Assembly: GCF_000009045.1 (NCBI RefSeq)
Contig: NC_000964.3
Span: forward strand, 186,001-250,000
DNA length: 64,000 nucleotides
From: Bacillus subtilis subsp. subtilis str. 168
GTDB taxonomy: Bacteria; Bacillota; Bacilli; Bacillales; Bacillaceae
Reading direction: 5' to 3'
Shown: in pieces, positions 10,213 to 19,408 of the stretch
How positions within the stretch are numbered: the first letter of the stretch is position 1
Layout: each line of letters starts with the position of its first letter
The notes under the pieces: generated by a model
Seen by the model: only the letters and a program-made list of their open reading frames with translations
What the model was told of the DNA's origin: nothing
Database searches by the model: none
Position numbers and translations under genes: made by a program

Positions 10213-11034
10213 ATGGCTTTTGAGGATATCCCTTTTTTGCAGTACCTCGGCAATGCCGTTGATATTCTCCTTGTTTGGTATGTGATATATAAATTGATTA
10301 TGGTGATACGCGGCACGAAAGCGGTTCAGCTGTTAAAAGGAATTGTAGTCATCGTGCTTGTTCGTATGGCCAGCCAATATTTGGGCCTCAGCACACTTCA
10401 ATGGCTGATGGACCAAGCGATAACATGGGGATTTTTAGCAATTATTATTATTTTTCAGCCTGAGCTGAGAAGAGCGCTTGAACAGCTAGGCCGCGGCCGC
10501 TTTTTTTCGAGGAGCGGCACGCCTGTTGAAGAAGCGCAGCAGAAAACGATTGAGGCCATTACAAAAGCAATCAATTATATGGCGAAACGCCGTATAGGCG
10601 CCCTGCTGACCATTGAGCGGGATACTGGAATGGGCGATTATATTGAGACCGGCATACCACTAAATGCCAAAGTCAGCTCTGAGCTGCTGATCAATATTTT
10701 TATTCCAAACACCCCGCTTCATGACGGTGCGGTAATTATGAAAAATAATGAAATTGCCGCGGCCGCCTGTTATCTGCCGCTTTCTGAGAGCCCGTTTATT
10801 TCAAAAGAACTGGGCACGCGGCACAGAGCAGCTGTCGGTATCAGTGAAGTAACAGACAGTTTGACGATTATTGTGTCTGAAGAGACCGGCGGCGTCAGTG
10901 TGGCAAAGAACGGCGACCTTCACAGAGAGCTTACAGAAGAAGCGCTGAAAGAAATGCTTGAAGCCGAGTTTAAGAAAAACACCAGAGACACTTCTTCTAA
11001 CCGCTGGTATTGGAGGGGCAAGAAAAATGGATAA
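10213..11034 (+). CDS. cdaA: Diadenylate cyclase (c-di-AMP synthase)
   Basis: Start MAFEDIP behind GGAGG; 3 TM helices; DGA and RHR catalytic motifs. Confidence 0.97.
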   Translation: MAFEDIPFLQYLGNAVDILLVWYVIYKLIMVIRGTKAVQLLKGIVVIVLVRMASQYLGLSTLQWLMDQAITWGFLAIIIIFQPELRRALEQLGRGRFFSRSGTPVEEAQQKTIEAITKAINYMAKRRIGALLTIERDTGMGDYIETGIPLNAKVSSELLINIFIPNTPLHDGAVIMKNNEIAAAACYLPLSESPFISKELGTRHRAAVGISEVTDSLTIIVSEETGGVSVAKNGDLHRELTEEALKEMLEAEFKKNTRDTSSNRWYWRGKKNG

Positions 11035-12478
11035 ATTCTTAAACAACCGCTGGGCTGTGAAAATTATTGCTCTGCTTTTCGCGCTCTTGCTTTATGTGGC
11101 GGTTAACAGCAACCAAGCACCGACTCCAAAAAAACCGGGTGAATCTTTCTTTCCGACATCAACAACTGATGAAGCAACTCTGACTGATATTCCGGTTAAA
11201 GCGTATTATGATGATGAAAATTACGTCGTGACGGGTGTTCCGCAAACGGTTAATGTCACGATAAAAGGCTCGACAAGCGCCGTGAAAAAGGCTCGGCAGA
11301 CCAAAAACTTTGAAATATATGCCGATATGGAACATTTGAAAACCGGCACACATAAGGTTGAGCTTAAGGCCAAAAACGTGTCGGATGGGCTGACAATCTC
11401 AATTAATCCGTCTGTTACGACAGTGACCATTCAGGAACGGACGACCAAAAGTTTTCCCGTAGAAGTGGAGTACTACAACAAAAGCAAGATGAAAAAAGGC
11501 TATTCTCCGGAGCAGCCGATTGTCAGTCCGAAAAATGTGCAGATTACCGGATCGAAAAATGTGATCGATAATATTTCTCTTGTAAAAGCTTCAGTGAATT
11601 TGGAAAACGCAGATGAAACGATTGAAAAGGAAGCGAAAGTGACTGTCTATGATAAAGACGGAAACGCGCTTCCTGTCGACGTGGAGCCCTCGGTCATCAA
11701 GATTACCGTTCCGGTGACAAGCCCGAGTAAAAAAGTGCCCTTTAAAATTGAACGGACAGGAAGCCTTCCTGACGGTGTCAGCATAGCGAATATTGAATCC
11801 AGCCCCAGTGAGGTAACGGTTTACGGCTCACAGGATGTGTTGGATTCTCTTGAATTTATTGACGGCGTCAGCCTAGATTTAAGTAAAATTAACAAGGATT
11901 CCGATATCGAGGCAGATATTCCGCTTCCTGACGGTGTCAAAAAAATCTCACCGTCAAAGGTGACTTTGCATATAGAAGTCGATAGTGAAGCGGATCAGAA
12001 GTTCGAGAATGTCCCTATCAAGACTGTAGGGCTGAGCAGCTCACAAAACATTGAATTTCTTGATCCTGAATCACAAGCGATAGATGTAACGGCTAAAGGC
12101 TCTCCCACGAATATAAATAAACTGAAAAAATCAGATATTGAATTGTATGTGAATGTTTCAGATTTAGAGGACGGGGAGCATAGCGTGAAGCTTGAAGTGA
12201 ACGGGCCACAGAATGTAACTTGGTCCTTGGGGCGGAAAAACGCCAAAATCAAGCTGACGTCTAAGAAAAGCAATACATCAACGAATGATAACAGCAGCAA
12301 TACATCAGGGAACCAGGACACAGATAAACAAACAAATGATCAAAAGAACAATCAGCAAGAAGATACAAAGAACACTGATAAAAACAACAACGATCAAAAC
12401 CAAGACGGAAATAAAGATCAAAACCAAGATCAGGATGAGGATGAATCCACTGCGAATTCACAATCCTCATCGGAATAA
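11027..12478 (+). CDS. cdaR: CdaA regulator with YbbR domains
   Basis: Start MDKFLNNRW behind GGAGGGG; TM anchor, repeated YbbR domains, N/Q/D-rich tail. Confidence 0.95.
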   Translation: MDKFLNNRWAVKIIALLFALLLYVAVNSNQAPTPKKPGESFFPTSTTDEATLTDIPVKAYYDDENYVVTGVPQTVNVTIKGSTSAVKKARQTKNFEIYADMEHLKTGTHKVELKAKNVSDGLTISINPSVTTVTIQERTTKSFPVEVEYYNKSKMKKGYSPEQPIVSPKNVQITGSKNVIDNISLVKASVNLENADETIEKEAKVTVYDKDGNALPVDVEPSVIKITVPVTSPSKKVPFKIERTGSLPDGVSIANIESSPSEVTVYGSQDVLDSLEFIDGVSLDLSKINKDSDIEADIPLPDGVKKISPSKVTLHIEVDSEADQKFENVPIKTVGLSSSQNIEFLDPESQAIDVTAKGSPTNINKLKKSDIELYVNVSDLEDGEHSVKLEVNGPQNVTWSLGRKNAKIKLTSKKSNTSTNDNSSNTSGNQDTDKQTNDQKNNQQEDTKNTDKNNNDQNQDGNKDQNQDQDEDESTANSQSSSE

Positions 12479-12496
12479 AAAAGGAGCGATTATAAA

Positions 12497-13843
12497 ATGG
12501 GCAAGTATTTTGGAACAGACGGTGTAAGAGGTGTCGCCAATAGTGAGCTTACACCTGAGCTGGCCTTTAAAGTCGGACGTTTCGGCGGTTATGTGCTGAC
12601 AAAAGACAAACAACGTCCAAAAGTGCTGATAGGCCGCGATACACGCATCTCCGGCCATATGCTGGAGGGAGCCCTTGTCGCCGGACTTTTATCCATTGGC
12701 GCAGAAGTCATGCGCCTGGGTGTCATTTCTACACCAGGTGTATCTTATTTGACAAAAGCGATGGATGCAGAGGCGGGCGTCATGATTTCCGCTTCTCATA
12801 ACCCAGTGCAGGATAACGGCATCAAATTCTTTGGGGGAGATGGATTTAAGCTTTCTGATGAACAGGAGGCTGAAATTGAGCGCCTGATGGACGAACCTGA
12901 GGATAAGCTGCCAAGACCTGTCGGAGCAGACCTTGGACTTGTAAACGATTATTTTGAAGGCGGACAAAAATATCTGCAATTCTTAAAACAGACAGCTGAT
13001 GAAGATTTCACAGGCATTCATGTGGCATTGGACTGTGCCAATGGCGCAACGTCATCCTTGGCGACACACCTGTTTGCTGATTTAGATGCAGATGTTTCTA
13101 CAATGGGGACTTCCCCGAACGGATTAAACATTAATGACGGCGTCGGTTCGACTCATCCCGAAGCGCTCAGCGCGTTTGTCAAAGAGAAAAACGCGGATCT
13201 CGGTCTTGCGTTCGACGGTGACGGCGACCGCCTGATTGCTGTCGATGAAAAAGGAAATATTGTAGACGGCGACCAAATCATGTACATATGCTCAAAACAT
13301 CTGAAATCAGAGGGCCGTTTAAAGGATGATACAGTGGTTTCAACCGTGATGAGCAACCTCGGCTTCTATAAGGCGCTCGAAAAAGAAGGCATCAAAAGCG
13401 TGCAGACAGCTGTCGGCGACCGCTACGTAGTAGAAGCAATGAAAAAAGACGGCTACAACGTCGGCGGAGAGCAGTCAGGACATCTTATTTTCCTTGATTA
13501 CAACACGACAGGGGACGGATTATTGTCTGCTATTATGCTGATGAACACTTTAAAAGCAACAGGCAAGCCGCTGTCAGAGCTTGCAGCTGAAATGCAGAAG
13601 TTCCCGCAGCTGTTAGTCAATGTGAGAGTGACTGATAAATATAAAGTTGAAGAAAATGAAAAAGTAAAAGCAGTTATTTCTGAAGTTGAAAAAGAAATGA
13701 ACGGCGACGGCCGGATTTTGGTGCGCCCTTCAGGAACTGAACCGCTCGTCCGTGTCATGGCTGAAGCGAAGACGAAAGAGCTGTGCGATGAGTATGTCAA
13801 TCGCATTGTTGAAGTCGTCCGGTCAGAAATGGGATTAGAGTAA
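12497..13843 (+). CDS. glmM: Phosphoglucosamine mutase
   Basis: [22 protein letters not shown] and GGEQSGH motifs. Confidence 0.98.
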   Translation: MGKYFGTDGVRGVANSELTPELAFKVGRFGGYVLTKDKQRPKVLIGRDTRISGHMLEGALVAGLLSIGAEVMRLGVISTPGVSYLTKAMDAEAGVMISASHNPVQDNGIKFFGGDGFKLSDEQEAEIERLMDEPEDKLPRPVGADLGLVNDYFEGGQKYLQFLKQTADEDFTGIHVALDCANGATSSLATHLFADLDADVSTMGTSPNGLNINDGVGSTHPEALSAFVKEKNADLGLAFDGDGDRLIAVDEKGNIVDGDQIMYICSKHLKSEGRLKDDTVVSTVMSNLGFYKALEKEGIKSVQTAVGDRYVVEAMKKDGYNVGGEQSGHLIFLDYNTTGDGLLSAIMLMNTLKATGKPLSELAAEMQKFPQLLVNVRVTDKYKVEENEKVKAVISEVEKEMNGDGRILVRPSGTEPLVRVMAEAKTKELCDEYVNRIVEVVRSEMGLE

Positions 13844-13930
13844 CGAAGTCTATTATCAGAGAGTGAACAAGACAAGCGAGGTTTACATAAGATAATTGTG
13901 AGACATACGGCAAAGTTGCTTAAAAAACAA

Positions 13931-13959
13931 TTGACCGTTTATGCCACATGTTGTAAAAT
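13931..13959 (+). promoter_or_regulatory. sigmaA promoter of glmS
   Basis: TTGACC-17-TAAAAT. Confidence 0.8.
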
Positions 13960-14027
13960 CAAGCTTGTCTTGTTCTTATTTTCTCAATAGGAAAAGAAGA
14001 CGGGATTATTGCTTTACCTATAATTAT

Positions 14028-14186
14028 AGCGCCCGAACTAAGCGCCCGGAAAAAGGCTTAGTTGACGAGGATGGAGGTTATCGAATTTTCGGCGGATGCC
14101 TCCCGGCTGAGTGTGCAGATCACAGCCGTAAGGATTTCTTCAAACCAAGGGGGTGACTCCTTGAACAAAGAGAAATCACATGATCT
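14028..14186 (+). ncRNA. glmS ribozyme (GlcN6P-activated self-cleaving riboswitch)
   Basis: Conserved A/GCGCC cleavage site at 14028/14029, core GACGAGG, P1-P4 in the glmS leader. Confidence 0.96.
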
Positions 14187-14276
14187 TCCAAAAAACATGT
14201 AGGAGGGGACGATTGAAAGTCCCCTTGAAATTTGACTTTCTTCGTCTCCTTTTACAATCTTAGGAGGAAGAAAAAT

Positions 14277-16079
14277 ATGTGTGGAATCGTAGGTTATATC
14301 GGTCAGCTTGATGCGAAGGAAATTTTATTAAAAGGGTTAGAGAAGCTTGAGTATCGCGGTTATGACTCTGCTGGTATTGCTGTTGCCAACGAACAGGGAA
14401 TCCATGTGTTCAAAGAAAAAGGACGCATTGCAGATCTTCGTGAAGTTGTGGATGCCAATGTAGAAGCGAAAGCCGGAATTGGGCATACTCGCTGGGCGAC
14501 ACACGGCGAACCAAGCTATCTGAACGCTCACCCGCATCAAAGCGCACTGGGCCGCTTTACACTTGTTCACAACGGCGTGATCGAGAACTATGTTCAGCTG
14601 AAGCAAGAGTATTTGCAAGATGTAGAGCTCAAAAGTGACACCGATACAGAAGTAGTCGTTCAAGTAATCGAGCAATTCGTCAATGGAGGACTTGAGACAG
14701 AAGAAGCGTTCCGCAAAACACTTACACTGTTAAAAGGCTCTTATGCAATTGCTTTATTCGATAACGACAACAGAGAAACGATTTTTGTAGCGAAAAACAA
14801 AAGCCCTCTATTAGTAGGTCTTGGAGATACATTCAACGTCGTAGCATCTGATGCGATGGCGATGCTTCAAGTAACCAACGAATACGTAGAGCTGATGGAT
14901 AAAGAAATGGTTATCGTCACTGATGACCAAGTTGTCATCAAAAACCTTGATGGTGACGTGATTACACGTGCGTCTTATATTGCTGAGCTTGATGCCAGTG
15001 ATATCGAAAAAGGCACGTACCCTCACTACATGTTGAAAGAAACGGATGAGCAGCCTGTTGTTATGCGCAAAATCATCCAAACGTATCAAGATGAAAACGG
15101 CAAGCTGTCTGTGCCTGGCGATATCGCTGCCGCTGTAGCGGAAGCGGACCGCATCTATATCATTGGCTGCGGAACAAGCTACCATGCAGGACTTGTCGGT
15201 AAACAATATATTGAAATGTGGGCAAACGTGCCGGTTGAAGTGCATGTAGCGAGTGAATTCTCCTACAACATGCCGCTTCTGTCTAAGAAACCGCTCTTCA
15301 TTTTCCTTTCTCAAAGCGGAGAAACAGCAGACAGCCGCGCGGTACTCGTTCAAGTCAAAGCGCTCGGACACAAAGCCCTGACAATCACAAACGTACCTGG
15401 ATCAACGCTTTCTCGTGAAGCTGACTATACATTGCTGCTTCATGCAGGCCCTGAGATCGCTGTTGCGTCAACGAAAGCATACACTGCACAAATCGCAGTT
15501 CTGGCGGTTCTTGCTTCTGTGGCTGCTGACAAAAATGGCATCAATATCGGATTTGACCTCGTCAAAGAACTCGGTATCGCTGCAAACGCAATGGAAGCTC
15601 TATGCGACCAGAAAGACGAAATGGAAATGATCGCTCGTGAATACCTGACTGTATCCAGAAATGCTTTCTTCATCGGACGCGGCCTTGACTACTTCGTATG
15701 TGTCGAAGGCGCACTGAAGCTGAAAGAGATTTCTTACATCCAGGCAGAAGGTTTTGCCGGCGGTGAGCTAAAGCACGGAACGATTGCCTTGATCGAACAA
15801 GGAACACCAGTATTCGCACTGGCAACTCAAGAGCATGTAAACCTAAGCATCCGCGGAAACGTCAAAGAAGTTGCTGCTCGCGGAGCAAACACATGCATCA
15901 TCTCACTGAAAGGCCTAGACGATGCGGATGACAGATTCGTATTGCCGGAAGTAAACCCAGCGCTTGCTCCGTTGGTATCTGTTGTTCCATTGCAGCTGAT
16001 CGCTTACTATGCTGCACTGCATCGCGGCTGTGATGTGGATAAACCTCGTAACCTTGCGAAGAGTGTTACTGTGGAGTAA
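14277..16079 (+). CDS. glmS: Glutamine-fructose-6-phosphate amidotransferase
   Basis: MCGIVG N-terminus, [10 protein letters not shown]-terminal [11 protein letters not shown]; SD AGGAGG. Confidence 0.99.
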   Translation: MCGIVGYIGQLDAKEILLKGLEKLEYRGYDSAGIAVANEQGIHVFKEKGRIADLREVVDANVEAKAGIGHTRWATHGEPSYLNAHPHQSALGRFTLVHNGVIENYVQLKQEYLQDVELKSDTDTEVVVQVIEQFVNGGLETEEAFRKTLTLLKGSYAIALFDNDNRETIFVAKNKSPLLVGLGDTFNVVASDAMAMLQVTNEYVELMDKEMVIVTDDQVVIKNLDGDVITRASYIAELDASDIEKGTYPHYMLKETDEQPVVMRKIIQTYQDENGKLSVPGDIAAAVAEADRIYIIGCGTSYHAGLVGKQYIEMWANVPVEVHVASEFSYNMPLLSKKPLFIFLSQSGETADSRAVLVQVKALGHKALTITNVPGSTLSREADYTLLLHAGPEIAVASTKAYTAQIAVLAVLASVAADKNGINIGFDLVKELGIAANAMEALCDQKDEMEMIAREYLTVSRNAFFIGRGLDYFVCVEGALKLKEISYIQAEGFAGGELKHGTIALIEQGTPVFALATQEHVNLSIRGNVKEVAARGANTCIISLKGLDDADDRFVLPEVNPALAPLVSVVPLQLIAYYAALHRGCDVDKPRNLAKSVTVE

Positions 16080-16089
16080 TAAATGTTTA

Positions 16090-16125
16090 ACCCCTTTGGA
16101 TAAGATTATCTAAAGGGGTGTTTTT
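16090..16125 (+). terminator. glmS terminator
   Basis: ACCCCTTTGGATA/TATCTAAAGGGGT hairpin plus T-tract. Confidence 0.9.
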
Positions 16126-16475
16126 ATGTCCAAAAGCGAAAGAACGTCTACAGTGGAAAAATGGATTAAAGAAGTTGATGGTACAGGACCCGACTATCGA
16201 TCGACCATGGCTATAGATTTAAGATGTTTCCTCATTAGATCGGTCAATCAGGTTAAAAGGCATTAAAACTTGGAGAGAAACTGCTTTTGCCTAACTGAGT
16301 TTTCTAATGTTAATACAGATATAAGAGAGCAGTTCCTCATTAAGATACGCTTTTGATAGCAGTTGGAATTTAGCATGCTAGAAATCCGAAAACCGGAGAG
16401 CCTATTGGAATGATAACGTGTTTTTTTATTGACAATTAATAAAGGGCAAAGAATTCTAGAAGTCGCACTTACAAT
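16126..16475 (+). pseudogene. Tn7-family TnsA endonuclease relic (includes the 46-aa ORF 16126-16266)
   Basis: Across frameshifts and stops reads MSKSERTSTVEKWIKE..G.G.DY / PWL*I*DVSSLDRSIRLKGIKTWR / DIREQF / GI*HARNPKTGEPIGMIT / LLTINKGQ, collinear with TnsA motifs. Confidence 0.85.
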
Positions 16476-16546
16476 GTACTTGTGGGATTAGGTTTTAAAG
16501 TTCATTCTTTTTTTATTGAGTACATTCCGGTTAAAGTTGAAATGAT

Positions 16547-17458
16547 TCAGTAAAGGACACGCCATAAATAAAAGGTAGCGTATGATTGCCATTCTTTCCA
16601 TGGAACCGATATTTCTAAGATTTCATCTTTCGTAGGCTTTCGGTTCATATTACGTAATATTTTTATCGAATGAATAAGACCCACATCATCGATTGGAAAA
16701 GCTGTCGGGAACCTAAGGCAGCGCATTAGAACATAATTGGCTGTCCAAGGACCGATTCCTCGTATTTTAATTAAGTTTTTTTCAGCATCTTTAAAGTTCA
16801 TTTTCATTAATTTTTCCCTCGATAATTCTCCACTTGCCATTAATCTGGCTATTCCAATGATATATTCACTTTTTTTCACCGTCATTTTAATATCTGCCAG
16901 GTCGGTAGGGGTTAACCGTGCAATTCGCTCGTACGGTGGGAACACCCAATACTTTTTACCATTCCATTCAATAGAATCGCCAAATGCTTCTACAAATTGC
17001 TTCTTTAAGGAGTACGCGAAGGCTAAGTTAATTTGTTGCCCTAAAACTCCCCAACATAAAGCTTCAAATAAATCGGGAATGCCGATCACTCGCAACCCAT
17101 AAAATTTTCGGGCAGGCATTTTAAGTAATGGATCTGCTTTTGCCATTTCATAAAATGGAGTTAAATCGTTATCAAGATCAAACCATTCATGAATATATTT
17201 TACAATCTCTTCCCGTTTCCACTGCTCAACAGGTCTAGAATCGTTTAGGAATTGAACAATCATTTGTTTATTATTGATTACGCTTACCTGCACTAAGGAC
17301 CGAATTTCCCCAATGGCTATAACTTTTGTAATGATATTGTTCTCTATTTCATACATGCATTCATTTTTTTCCCTGGTTAGGTAGCCAAGGTTCGCATTCA
17401 TGTCGAAAATTTCAGGTAATGTAATGACAATAACATCATTGACTTCATGCCATGTCAC
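16547..17458 (-). CDS. alkA: DNA-3-methyladenine glycosylase II
   Basis: HhH-GPD motif IRGIGPWTANYVLMR...FPIDD. Confidence 0.96.
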   Translation of the reverse strand: MTWHEVNDVIVITLPEIFDMNANLGYLTREKNECMYEIENNIITKVIAIGEIRSLVQVSVINNKQMIVQFLNDSRPVEQWKREEIVKYIHEWFDLDNDLTPFYEMAKADPLLKMPARKFYGLRVIGIPDLFEALCWGVLGQQINLAFAYSLKKQFVEAFGDSIEWNGKKYWVFPPYERIARLTPTDLADIKMTVKKSEYIIGIARLMASGELSREKLMKMNFKDAEKNLIKIRGIGPWTANYVLMRCLRFPTAFPIDDVGLIHSIKILRNMNRKPTKDEILEISVPWKEWQSYATFYLWRVLY

Positions 17459-17728
17459 TTTTTCATTCTCCTTATCTTAAATAATTATAAGAAAACTCAC
17501 GCTGGTTGAAATTAGTTTATCACATAATCATCTTTACTCATTTTGTTATCTTGCTATTACATTCTAACCACCTTATTTTTTTCTATTTATGAGGTTATAG
17601 TGTAGTTATCAAGAATGCTAAACGGGAGTAGATAAAAATGGCCCAAGATATAAAAAACGCGTGTCGAAAATTTAAATTGGGATTCAATTCAAAGAATTAG
17701 ATGAGCATTGTAAGGAGAGGTGAGATAA

Positions 17729-18364
17729 ATGCCGGATAGTATCAATAACGGACATAAAGAGAGCCATGATCATAGAATTTCGAATGATGCAGAAATGATA
17801 ACAGATGAAAAGTGGCAAGCAATTATAAATAATGATGCAGCGTACAATAATCAATTTTTCTACGCTGTTAAATCGACAGGGATATTCTGTAAACCATCCT
17901 GTAAATCTCGCGTTCCGAAAAAAGAAAATGTATGTATCTTTCCAAACACAGAACAAGCTCTCCGCGCAAATTTTCGCCCTTGTAAACGTTGCAAGCCCAC
18001 TAATGAAAAAATGCCTGATAGCGAGTGGGTTGATTTAATTACTGAATACATTGATAAAAATTTCACAGAAAAATTAACGCTAGAATCGTTAGCAGATATT
18101 TGTCATGGGAGTCCGTATCATATGCATCGAACATTTAAAAAAATTAAAGGCATTACGCTGGTTGAGTATATACAACAAGTTAGAGTACACGCGGCTAAAA
18201 AGTATTTGATTCAGACAAATAAAGCGATTGGAGATATCGCTATATGTGTGGGTATAGCTAACGCGCCTTATTTTATTACTTTATTTAAAAAGAAAACTGG
18301 ACAGACACCAGCACGATTTCGTCAAATGAGTAAAATGGAGGAAACGTACAATGGAAACAAATAA
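17729..18364 (+). CDS. adaA: Methylphosphotriester-DNA alkyltransferase / AraC activator
   Basis: Ada Zn site FCKPSCKSR...RPCKRC plus AraC HTH. Confidence 0.97.
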   Translation: MPDSINNGHKESHDHRISNDAEMITDEKWQAIINNDAAYNNQFFYAVKSTGIFCKPSCKSRVPKKENVCIFPNTEQALRANFRPCKRCKPTNEKMPDSEWVDLITEYIDKNFTEKLTLESLADICHGSPYHMHRTFKKIKGITLVEYIQQVRVHAAKKYLIQTNKAIGDIAICVGIANAPYFITLFKKKTGQTPARFRQMSKMEETYNGNK

Positions 18365-18890
18365 ACCAACCCTTTATTGGTCTTTACTAATGTTCAAGGA
18401 TTGGAATTTTTATATTGCTTCAACTTTAAAGGGGCTTGTGTTTGTAGGTTCACAGAACAAACCAATCGAGGAATTGTTCGAATGGGCTAGGAAACGCTTT
18501 CCGGGAAGTCTTCTTGTTGAAGATGATGATAAGCTTGAACCCTATGCCGTTGAAATCACTCAATATCTAGAAGGAAAGCGGAAAAACTTTACTGTTCCAG
18601 TTGAGTACGCCGGTACGCAATTTCAGCTAGCCGTCTGGAATGCACTTTGTGAAATTCCTTATGGACAGACGAAATCCTATTCCGACATTGCAAATGATAT
18701 AAATAAACCAGCAGCTGTTCGTGCTGTAGGTGCGGCTATTGGGGCTAATCCGGTATTAATTACTGTACCGTGCCATCGTGTAATAGGAAAGAATGGCTCA
18801 TTAACTGGCTATCGGGGCGGATTTGAAATGAAGACACTGCTCCTCGATCTGGAAAAGCGAGCTTCATCTGAAATGGATGTTCCTCATTGA
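18351..18890 (+). CDS. adaB: O6-methylguanine-DNA methyltransferase
   Basis: PCHRV active site. Confidence 0.97.
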   Translation: METNKPTLYWSLLMFKDWNFYIASTLKGLVFVGSQNKPIEELFEWARKRFPGSLLVEDDDKLEPYAVEITQYLEGKRKNFTVPVEYAGTQFQLAVWNALCEIPYGQTKSYSDIANDINKPAAVRAVGAAIGANPVLITVPCHRVIGKNGSLTGYRGGFEMKTLLLDLEKRASSEMDVPH

Positions 18891-18955
18891 AAGTGAATCA
18901 TCTATAATGGGTTGGATTCTTTTAGAGGAAAGTAAAGACCAGTTTACTGATAAAC

Positions 18956-18984
18956 TTGACAACTTTTAAAATTTAGCATATCTT
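18956..18984 (+). promoter_or_regulatory. Candidate sigmaA promoter of the ndhF operon
   Basis: TTGACA-17-TATCTT about 420 nt upstream of the ndhF ATG. Confidence 0.6.
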
Positions 18985-19231
18985 ATACGTAACTTAATAA
19001 TCGATGCAGATGTTTATTTTTCCTTTTAAAATATGTAGGCCTTTAGCATTCTTTTCATATTTCATTTTAAATATTGATAGGATGAAAAAGTATCCTAATA
19101 AAAAAGGAAGAGAACATGAGTCGATTTATTTGATAATCAGGACTATATTAAAGGAAATGAAAACATAGCATAAAGTAAAGACCAATAATAAGGTAGCTCT
19201 TCAAAAAACTTCGCTGAAGTTAGTTGAAGTG

Positions 19232-19299
19232 AAGCCGACAATTTTCAGGATTCAATGATCTAACATAATCATTGAAATTTTGAAGTTGTCGGCTTTTTT
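19232..19299 (+). terminator. Long terminator-like hairpin inside the ndhF leader (candidate attenuator)
   Basis: AAGCCGACAA...TTCAATGAT/ATCATTGAA...TTGTCGGCTT followed by TTTT, 110 nt before the ATG. Confidence 0.75.
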
Positions 19300-19408
19300 G
19301 TTGGAAAAAAATAGAGATAAATAAAAATTGAAATAAATAATAGACAAATATGATCTGATTGAAAGGTCTTTTGACCAATAATGAGTTTTAAAAAAGGGAG
19401 AATTTAGA

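Noticed and set aside
12390-12440. Short tandem repeats as a CRISPR array
   Set aside because: They are coding low-complexity repeats with no spacers or cas genes
13498-13875. 125-aa antisense ORF in glmM
   Set aside because: Shadow of a conserved gene
14019-14024. TATAAT as the glmS -10
   Set aside because: No matching -35, and it would start transcription past the ribozyme cleavage site
13941-14156. 71-aa ORF upstream of glmS
   Set aside because: Overlaps the promoter and ribozyme; no SD
16126-16266. 46-aa ORF as a functional small protein
   Set aside because: It is the frameshifted start of the tnsA pseudogene
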